Below the pieces are notes generated by a model. That model saw only the letters and a list, made by a program, of their open reading frames with translations. It had not been told where the DNA came from and made no database searches. Positions 25,364 to 32,000 of a stretch of DNA of 32,000 nucleotides are shown here, piece by piece. Within the stretch, counting starts at the first letter, position 1. Each line of letters opens with the position of its first letter. A program made the position numbers and the translations under genes. The stretch is from Candidatus Poseidoniaceae archaeon (GTDB lineage Archaea; Thermoplasmatota; Poseidoniia; Poseidoniales; Poseidoniaceae), in contig CALSTM010000001.1 of the NCBI GenBank assembly GCA_943789275.1, forward strand, positions 330,001 through 362,000, read 5' to 3'.

Positions 25364-27124
25364 TCAAGAATGGGTGAACACGAGTGTTGATGCGTCTACA
25401 ACTTTTGCATATCCTATTCTTTCAATTTGCAGCATTGTTCCAATCGGGTAGTCGTGCTTTTCGATCTTCCCTTCAAGACGGATAATTTCACCGTCCTCAG
25501 CGAGTAAAAGGGTGCCTTCTATCGCATTGGATTCACTCAGCCAGTGTACAATGGAACGCCGGTCAATACGGTCAATTGAGCCAACGGTCGCTTGATCTCC
25601 GGTAACTTCTACATTTGCAAAACCTTTCAATCGAATCTCTTTCTTCTCGGCATCTTCTTGTTCGACCCACACAGCGTTACTGGTTAATCCAAACGTTCGT
25701 GCACCAAGTTGAGGATGATTCGGATGTACATCGACCTCTATGGAATCTTGGTGCTCACCGACCAGTTCCAGTTTTTTCGGATTTCGAACAAAAGACAGAC
25801 GTGGTGCATCATCATCGATGCTTTTCGTATTGTGTGAGTAGAGCGTTGACAGTGGGACTGAAATGTCTTTTTGGGTGACGCCTAACTCGATCCAGAAGTT
25901 TCGTAATGCTTCGGCAGTAATTCCTCTGTTTCTTAGTCCAGTCAGCGTTGGTAATCTCAAATCATCCCACCCGGTAAACAGACCGGCTTCGATATCTCTG
26001 CGCATTTGTGAAGTCGAGAAACCACCCCATTCGTGGACCTTTACTCGACCCCAATACATGGTTTCAGGATAGGTCCAACCAAAGTGTGCGTAAAGCAAAG
26101 TTTGCTTACGGGTTGAATCCATGAGATCTTTTCCACGTATGATGTGCGTGACGCCTTGAAGATGATCCTCAACAGCACTTTGGAAATCGAGAAGTGGCCA
26201 GACACGGTACTTCGAACCAATTTCTGAACGTGGGTGCGGGTGTTCGGCTGTATTCTGAATTCGCAGTGCAGGCCAGTCGCGCAGTGCAGGGTTCTTCAAG
26301 TCCATTGCCGTTTTTACACGCACGACGGCATCACCTGGGACGAAGGTACCGTCCAACATTTTGTTCCACAGTTCCATGTTCACTTCAACTGAATTGACTC
26401 TGCACGGACATTCAGTTTTTGAAACACGGAACTCCTTGAAGGCTTCTCCGCTGCACTGGCAGACATAACCAAAATCTCTCTGCAGCATCATTTCTGCATG
26501 TTCATAATAATGTGGTATTTGGTCGCTAGCAATAACAATTCTGTGGGGTTTGAATCCCAGCAGCCATTCTGCTTCCTCGGGTATCTGGTTGTACGCTACC
26601 GGCAAAGGTGGTTTGACAACCGTATCGGTATCATCGAAACGAAGAATTAATTCTCCATCCCATTCTTCCGCATATTTTCCGTTAATGACGATTCCTCGGG
26701 CATGTCCAAACGAAAGTGGTCCGTTTGGGTTTGGCGCAAACCGGAGCACAACTTTTCCTTTCGTTGCGTTTTTGAGTTCAGGCAAACCTTCTCTCCGTTC
26801 CTTTTTCTCACGCTTTTCGAGCAAATGTGGAGCCTCCAGTTCCAAAATCGCTTGCAGTGCCGCAACGCCCTGTTCTGCAGCCATAGCGTTTGCATCAGCT
26901 ACGGCTTTAGCGATCAAAGGTGAAATGATTTTCCCATGGGGTCGAAGGTCACTTCGAGTGCCCATGAGCCGGCCGATAACGGAACCTGGAGCAGCCTTGC
27001 CTTCGTACTCGATTGCATTTTGCAGAGCAAGGTGTCGGAACGATGCAAGTGTTTCTTCATCTGGTGTCCATGTCATGGGGCTCAACCTTTGCTGTAACCT
27101 TTGCTTCATCAAGTGCTCGCCCAT
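25364..27124 (-). CDS. gltX: Glutamyl-tRNA synthetase, archaeal/eukaryotic type.
   Basis: VVLRFAPNPNGPLSFGHARG...LILRFDDTD is the class-I Glx-RS catalytic-core signature. A ...GGFSTSQMRR segment sits at the KMSKS-equivalent position. The length of 586 aa is typical of archaeal GluRS. Confidence 0.93.
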   Translation of the reverse strand: MGEHLMKQRLQQRLSPMTWTPDEETLASFRHLALQNAIEYEGKAAPGSVIGRLMGTRSDLRPHGKIISPLIAKAVADANAMAAEQGVAALQAILELEAPHLLEKREKKERREGLPELKNATKGKVVLRFAPNPNGPLSFGHARGIVINGKYAEEWDGELILRFDDTDTVVKPPLPVAYNQIPEEAEWLLGFKPHRIVIASDQIPHYYEHAEMMLQRDFGYVCQCSGEAFKEFRVSKTECPCRVNSVEVNMELWNKMLDGTFVPGDAVVRVKTAMDLKNPALRDWPALRIQNTAEHPHPRSEIGSKYRVWPLLDFQSAVEDHLQGVTHIIRGKDLMDSTRKQTLLYAHFGWTYPETMYWGRVKVHEWGGFSTSQMRRDIEAGLFTGWDDLRLPTLTGLRNRGITAEALRNFWIELGVTQKDISVPLSTLYSHNTKSIDDDAPRLSFVRNPKKLELVGEHQDSIEVDVHPNHPQLGARTFGLTSNAVWVEQEDAEKKEIRLKGFANVEVTGDQATVGSIDRIDRRSIVHWLSESNAIEGTLLLAEDGEIIRLEGKIEKHDYPIGTMLQIERIGYAKVVDASTLVFTHS

Positions 27125-27132
27125 CCATCGGG

Positions 27133-27861
27133 TTATCGGTCGAACAATGTCGATTGATGTTTATCTGTGAACGGACGTTTTGGAGGGTCAATGCCGTATA
27201 TTTCCTTCCATGCTCTGGTCACTGTTTTCCAAGACCAACGCAGTGAAGGGTGCGGTGTTTTTTCACCTAAGAGGGCTGGAAGTGCTGCTTTGGTTTTGGG
27301 GTCGCTTGGATACCCAGAACCAATGGGTGAACCAATTTCTTCTGCAAGCTGAAGTATCGCTTCATCGCGTTTGACCTTGGCCAAAATACTTGCCATACCG
27401 ACGATGGCATGGTTCGTGTCTGCTTTATGTTCTGAGTGAATACTGGAATCCTTCCATGGCCAGCCAGGAAGTCGAGCTGCTATTCGGTCACTGAACCGTT
27501 GTTCGTTCACATCACAGGCATCGTTCAAAATCGAAATGGAATCATGGACCTTTTCCCGTATCTCAACAAGAGCCTCTGCAAAAAGTTCCACTTCCAGCAA
27601 ATTGAGTCCCGTCGATTGAACGGCATGGTCGATACGTTCTGGACGGCACACGATGAGTGAGTGATACCAATTTCTTTGTTCAGCGTGTTCATGAAACCAC
27701 TTGACGAGTTCGAGTCTTTTCTTATGCGTCAAATCCTTTGAATCTTTGACGCCTCGCTCAGTTAGCATTTGGACATCGTCAACTGGAAGGGCAACAGCAC
27801 CAACGACCAGTGGGCCCAATACTGGCCCTCGGCCAGCTTCATCAACACCAACATTCCACAT
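27133..27861 (-). CDS. rnhB: Ribonuclease HII.
   Basis: The N-terminus MWNVGVDEAGRGPVLGPLVVGAV matches the RNase HII catalytic DEAGRGP motif. Later segments ...SKDLT... and ...DACDV..., plus ...ASILAKVKRD and the GSGYPSDP tail, are typical. Confidence 0.93.
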   Translation of the reverse strand: MWNVGVDEAGRGPVLGPLVVGAVALPVDDVQMLTERGVKDSKDLTHKKRLELVKWFHEHAEQRNWYHSLIVCRPERIDHAVQSTGLNLLEVELFAEALVEIREKVHDSISILNDACDVNEQRFSDRIAARLPGWPWKDSSIHSEHKADTNHAIVGMASILAKVKRDEAILQLAEEIGSPIGSGYPSDPKTKAALPALLGEKTPHPSLRWSWKTVTRAWKEIYGIDPPKRPFTDKHQSTLFDR

Positions 27862-27870
27862 GCTATCACT

Positions 27871-30291
27871 TCAGATGTCAAAGTCATCGTCGACCGGCAG
27901 AGCAAGATTGGGTGGTTGGGTCCGAACAGGTTCCTTCTTTGGCTGTATTGTTGTCGGGAAGACTTCCATTCCGGATACAGGTGAGGCGGTTTTTGCAATT
28001 TGCTTGTCGGCGAAGAGCGAATTGGCTGATGCGAGTGCATCGTTCGAACTGTGGTATTCAAGCACTGATGTGGCTGCTTGTGTTAACGCTGTATCTACCG
28101 GAGCACTTGCTTGCTTATATTCTCCTGAACGCTTTTGGAAAGCCTGCTTGAAGTGTTCAGGGTTGACTTGAACAGAAGCGTCTTTGACAACTTCCGGCTC
28201 AGTTGCACTGAATTTGTTCATCCAATCACCAGCTGACTGCTGTGGTTGCGGTTGACTCAACGCCTCGAGTTCACGTCGCTCTAAAGTTCGCGCATTTCGT
28301 GAAACAACTGATTTGTAGATGACCACCCCTGATATCAACACAGCGCCAATCATAAATGACCATGCTTTGAGGATTTCAAAACCGAGTGCTATCATGCCGA
28401 ACACATCCAATGACTCTTTTTCAAGTTCTTCTTGCCAAGTAACACCGATGTAATCTCCTTTACTGGTGTGTACAAACGAATTACTCGGTTCAAACTGGGA
28501 GCGAACTGAAGTGTTCACCCAAACAGTACCGTTCGTAGTCTGGTCTTGTGGAAGGTCAACCCATGCTCGAACCGTAAAGTTGTATCCGATTGGAATGTTA
28601 CTCACTTCAAAGGACCGTGGGTACTCGATGCCTTGTTCATAGACTGCGAAACTTGGAGGTATAAACGACATAGGGGTGGAGTGTGACGATTGCAATTGGA
28701 CCAGCAAACCGTCCGCTGTGTTGCCTTCATTTCTCAGAGTCAAGGCAATCGAGAGTCGACCATCGTTGTCGATTTCTTCGACTACGTCTGTAAAGTTCCA
28801 CTGAATCACAGGTGCAATTTTAACGGGAACACGTGATGTCCCAACGGATGTGTCCGTGTTAAGAAAATACGTCTCAATAACGACCTCGCCAAGTTCGAAA
28901 GCCAATGCGGATGCGTTGGCTGTAATCTCGATAAGTGTGAGGTTCTCATATTCACCGGGCTGCAACTCAGTTGTGGTTTGAATCAACTGAGCGGTAACAA
29001 AGTCAGGAACTTGAGTGATCGAATACTCAAAGGAGTCAACAGCATTCCCGCCGTTGTACACTTCGACACCAGCAGTGCATGTTTCAGCAGGTAAGAGTGA
29101 TTGACATTCATTGGTACGAAGTTCAACGCTACCGTTTCTCTCCCAACCAATAGAACCGCCGACATCTATTGTTCGTAGATTGAGCATGGCGCCTACAGCA
29201 AACACGCGCACTCGAACATCGAATTCCCCTGAATACTCAAACGGTGCTTGGAAACCAATTCTGATGGTTCTGGATTCGTTTGGTTGGAGAATGTTTTCTT
29301 CAAGTCCATCAAACAAGGCGACAGTCCAACCATCGGACGTAATTCGGTCAAAGTTCGGGATGCCAGGGATTGGAATCCCTTGTGCATCGATGGCTTCGAG
29401 TGTGATGTTGAGATAGTTTGGTGAGTTTCCCGTATTTCGAACATCGATGGAAACCCGTTCAACACCACCTGGTTCAATGACCGCATCCGGTCCGGACTGG
29501 TCGATTGAAGCATTTTTGTATTCACTCATGAGCATATCAAATGACCATTGCACGACATCGCCATCAATGCTTGACACGGCACTGATTTGGAATCTTGGGC
29601 CGTTGTTAAACAGCGGTGAACCATCAATGACGAAAGGTACATCCACCCACAGGAAAATGAACGTGACCGAATCAGGCTGAATTGTTTCATAGGCGTTTAC
29701 TCCATCGGTTGAGTTCATCGTCCATCCCCAATTCCAATTGGAGGTCGAATAGAGGTTGAAGGTCACTTCATCTTCCAAAGTGGCGTTGTTGGTGATGTTC
29801 ATGGCAACCGAAGTCCGTGTATTCTGATTGACAATGAAAGATGAAATTCCACTGGAGCCAAAATTTAGATTTGAATACGGTGCGATTTTGGTATGGAATG
29901 ATTCTGTTTGGTTCCAGTTCACATCATTGAGCGAAGTGAAACGCAGCGAAAGATTGTACACTCCATAAATGGCATCATTGTCTGCCGATATATTGAATTT
30001 AACTTGACGCAGGTAACCGCTTTCGACGGTTTTGGAGTGCGGTAAGCCAGTGGCAGTCAATCCATCAATTTCCGCGACCAAATCAAAACTAAAGGTGTCT
30101 TCAACTTCTCCGAGGTTATGCAATGTGAACAGCACTTCAACCAATTCACCGCGGTGAACTGTCACTTGATTGAGCCCAATGACATCGAGTTGAGCATCGC
30201 GACTCTCGGTGGTCACAGCATGACTCACGGCCCCAGCAAAAGGAACCATGACATGCATCAGTATGAGCATCCCAACGAACACACTGCGCAT
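27871..30291 (-). CDS. Large type-I surface (glyco)protein with about five tandem CARDB/Ig-like beta-sandwich modules, one TM helix and a 144-aa cytoplasmic tail. It is a candidate major envelope protein.
   Basis: Signal peptide: MRSVFVGMLILMHVMVPFAGAVSHA. The strand motif h-x-h-x-h-x-N-x-G-N/E-x-x-D recurs at aa about 59, 168, 286, 413 and 521 (LFTLHNLGEVED, AMNITNNATLED, SIDVRNTGNSPN, VEVYNGGNAVDS, ALTLRNEGNTAD). I counted 16 N-x-S/T sequons in the ectodomain. The TM is AWSFMIGAVLISGVVIY. Confidence 0.85.
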   Translation of the reverse strand: MRSVFVGMLILMHVMVPFAGAVSHAVTTESRDAQLDVIGLNQVTVHRGELVEVLFTLHNLGEVEDTFSFDLVAEIDGLTATGLPHSKTVESGYLRQVKFNISADNDAIYGVYNLSLRFTSLNDVNWNQTESFHTKIAPYSNLNFGSSGISSFIVNQNTRTSVAMNITNNATLEDEVTFNLYSTSNWNWGWTMNSTDGVNAYETIQPDSVTFIFLWVDVPFVIDGSPLFNNGPRFQISAVSSIDGDVVQWSFDMLMSEYKNASIDQSGPDAVIEPGGVERVSIDVRNTGNSPNYLNITLEAIDAQGIPIPGIPNFDRITSDGWTVALFDGLEENILQPNESRTIRIGFQAPFEYSGEFDVRVRVFAVGAMLNLRTIDVGGSIGWERNGSVELRTNECQSLLPAETCTAGVEVYNGGNAVDSFEYSITQVPDFVTAQLIQTTTELQPGEYENLTLIEITANASALAFELGEVVIETYFLNTDTSVGTSRVPVKIAPVIQWNFTDVVEEIDNDGRLSIALTLRNEGNTADGLLVQLQSSHSTPMSFIPPSFAVYEQGIEYPRSFEVSNIPIGYNFTVRAWVDLPQDQTTNGTVWVNTSVRSQFEPSNSFVHTSKGDYIGVTWQEELEKESLDVFGMIALGFEILKAWSFMIGAVLISGVVIYKSVVSRNARTLERRELEALSQPQPQQSAGDWMNKFSATEPEVVKDASVQVNPEHFKQAFQKRSGEYKQASAPVDTALTQAATSVLEYHSSNDALASANSLFADKQIAKTASPVSGMEVFPTTIQPKKEPVRTQPPNLALPVDDDFDI

Positions 30292-30385
30292 AGTCTGTCC
30301 AAGCCATTCACCCTTTGAACTTCACCCAATTCCTGCATCAAGTGACCTTCGCAGTCTTCATCAAGCAGGAGTTCGTCGTAGTGAT

Positions 30386-30766
30386 ATGCCTCCTTTCTGG
30401 CCCTTCGGGAAAAAGAAGCAACCTCTGCAAGTAGACGAGCCGGAACCTCAAGCGATCGTCTATCGAAAGGATTCAGGTTCTGCCAAGGAAACTCTTGAGG
30501 ATTCATCCCATCGAAAGTCGGATGACTACATGGCTGCAGTATCTCTTTTTGGAAACGGGGACACGACCATTAAGCGTGCAGAAGAGCAATCGCAATTTTA
30601 CGAAGGAATCGTGGACTCAAGTTCACTCAAATCACCTGCACCAGAGAACTTCACGTGGGTTCATCATACGGACGGATACCATTACAAGAAGAACAACGAC
30701 GGTTCCTTTGATTCAGTTGCTCACCAAAAGAACGATGATGGGACGTATGTTCCGTATCAGTCTTAA
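30386..30766 (+). CDS. Small, probably disordered protein (126 aa), unknown function.
   Basis: The ORF is open from 30248, but that part overlaps the divergent 806-aa gene start. ATG 30386 gives MPPFWPFGKKKQPL... The composition is low-complexity and charged. The C-terminal DG(Y/S/T) triplets are spaced 11-13 aa apart. The coding status is less certain than for the other CDS. Confidence 0.45.
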   Translation: MPPFWPFGKKKQPLQVDEPEPQAIVYRKDSGSAKETLEDSSHRKSDDYMAAVSLFGNGDTTIKRAEEQSQFYEGIVDSSSLKSPAPENFTWVHHTDGYHYKKNNDGSFDSVAHQKNDDGTYVPYQS

Positions 30767-32000
30767 ACAGGGTCGGGTAAAACAGATTGCAGTGCTTGAA
30801 TATCAAACTCAGCCCCATTGAGTGGGACTTTGAGTTCGTACAGTGCGCTGACAGCGGGGTCCATTTCACCAAAGCAGCCAACATGTTCACCGTTCACAAT
30901 GACTTTTGCACATCGCCCGGCCAGCCAAGGTCCCATTTCCCCACCAAGCGGTTCGATGGAATATTCTGCAGCACCTAAATCTCTCATGAGCGCTTGAATA
31001 CGTCCACGAACAGCTGCAAAACCGCCGCTTTGTTCTGCGACGAGGAAAGCGAATCGATCGCCGTTTGAGTGGTTTCGTACGACTGTTCCCAATTCATAGA
31101 CGGCTTGAGGAAGGTCGTGGTGTCTGTTTGATGCCATCAAGCGAAACAATCCAGGAAGCAAATATTGCCGAAGCAGGGTGTGTTCAATCGTGATTGGGTT
31201 CGTTATTCGTGTCACATCACCCATTGCAGGCCATCGCATGGCTTCAAATTGGTCGAAATCGTTGGAAAGAGTGAGGGATTGTATCTGCATCAGCCCAAGT
31301 CCTTGCAGAGATTCCCGAATTCGTCTACGAATCTGTGAATCCGAACGAGGTATTGCTGTCATCGGTGCTTTCGGGACATCGTGGCCGAGGTCTTCGTACC
31401 CGTGACCGATAGCGACATCTTCGACCAAATCGATTGGATGTAAGATGTCGAATCTCCACCTTGGCATGGCGAAGGTAAGAATCGTATCGCCTTGGATGAC
31501 GTCGGACATCCGGTTGTTCGGATCCTTCGTGAATGTTTCAGCAGGTGTTCGACCGAGGAACTGGCCACCCATTCTGTTTGTGGCTGTGCCGATTTCTTCA
31601 TCGGTCAAACTGCGGCCAAGTAATCCATCGAGCAGTCTTTGAGTTACTTCATGGTGAATGGGTTCTGGATGCGGTAGGTGCTCTAAAGTACCGTTGTAAC
31701 CGTTCACTTCGATGGACTCAATTTTTCCACCTCGCTCTGCCAGTTGAAGGGCAATGAGCATCATGCTCGATTCGCAGGCTCGCCGGTCCCAACCCGTTAC
31801 TTCAATCAAAAAGTCAGTTGTTAAATGTGTGACCGTTGTTTGGACACCGTTGATAATTGGGGGGAAGGAGAGAACTTGATTGTTAGAATCTGTAATAATT
31901 GGATACAAATTCAGTCCATCAAGCAAATGAGCATAATCTATGCCTTTGGGGTGCGATTCCAAAATTTCTTGGAGTGACATATCTTTTTCCATACCGAGAG
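30763..32000 (-). CDS. pheT: Phenylalanyl-tRNA synthetase beta subunit (archaeal type), with the 5' end beyond the window.
   Basis: The frame stays open past the ATG at 31992 to the window edge. LESHPKGIDYAHLL, the B5-like middle region and the C-terminal ...VNGEHVGCFGEMDPAVSALYELKVPLNGAEFDIQAL are typical of archaeal PheT. Archaeal PheT is about 550 aa, so about 140 aa are missing. Confidence 0.88.
   Translation of the reverse strand, partial: LGMEKDMSLQEILESHPKGIDYAHLLDGLNLYPIITDSNNQVLSFPPIINGVQTTVTHLTTDFLIEVTGWDRRACESSMMLIALQLAERGGKIESIEVNGYNGTLEHLPHPEPIHHEVTQRLLDGLLGRSLTDEEIGTATNRMGGQFLGRTPAETFTKDPNNRMSDVIQGDTILTFAMPRWRFDILHPIDLVEDVAIGHGYEDLGHDVPKAPMTAIPRSDSQIRRRIRESLQGLGLMQIQSLTLSNDFDQFEAMRWPAMGDVTRITNPITIEHTLLRQYLLPGLFRLMASNRHHDLPQAVYELGTVVRNHSNGDRFAFLVAEQSGGFAAVRGRIQALMRDLGAAEYSIEPLGGEMGPWLAGRCAKVIVNGEHVGCFGEMDPAVSALYELKVPLNGAEFDIQALQSVLPDPV

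Noticed and set aside
1-32000. A search for mobile elements, prophage, defence-system or toxin-antitoxin signatures (integrase, transposase, inverted terminal repeats, restriction/ATPase motifs).
   Set aside because: No Walker-A NTPase, nuclease, integrase or transposase motifs were seen in any long ORF, and no flanking direct or inverted repeats were noticed. The window reads as core chromosome with envelope genes.

Overview
This is a densely coding archaeal chromosomal window with 23 supported CDS, two of them cut by the window edges. By eye I found no rRNA, tRNA, CRISPR array, transposase or integrase. The archaeal assignment rests on motif-level recognition of several genes. These are archaeal/eukaryotic-type ribosomal protein uS15 (20943-21401) and archaeosine synthase ArcS carrying the exact PC-X3-KPY-X2-S-X2-H motif (19020-20828). 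They also include an archaeal-type GluRS (25364-27124), RNase HII (27133-27861) and an archaeal PheRS beta subunit (30763-32000, partial). Other recognisable genes are a type-I DnaJ, a GT2 glycosyltransferase, a CBS-pair protein and a pyroglutamyl-peptidase::Nudix fusion. The main feature is envelope content: five very large predicted surface proteins occupy about 16.3 kb, or about 51% of the window. The best candidate for an undescribed system is the co-directional, tightly spaced block at 1-10960. It encodes a giant anchor-less protein with thrombospondin-type-3-like (TSP3-like) Ca-binding repeats (>1399 aa) and a 1797-aa membrane-anchored giant with a proline-rich cytoplasmic tail. A 150-aa acidic cytoplasmic protein follows 9 nt downstream, and then a metzincin-like lipoprotein protease. 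Secondary points of interest are a degenerate RecJ/Cdc45(DHH)-like gene next to rps15, two membrane proteins ending in cytoplasmic zinc ribbons, convergent genes whose stop codons overlap or abut, and a GluRS with a non-canonical SFGH signature. The giant acidic adhesin-like proteins, lipobox use and compaction fit a planktonic marine euryarchaeon such as Marine Group II/III, but that is inference only. All calls come from reading the ORF translations; no database search was run.
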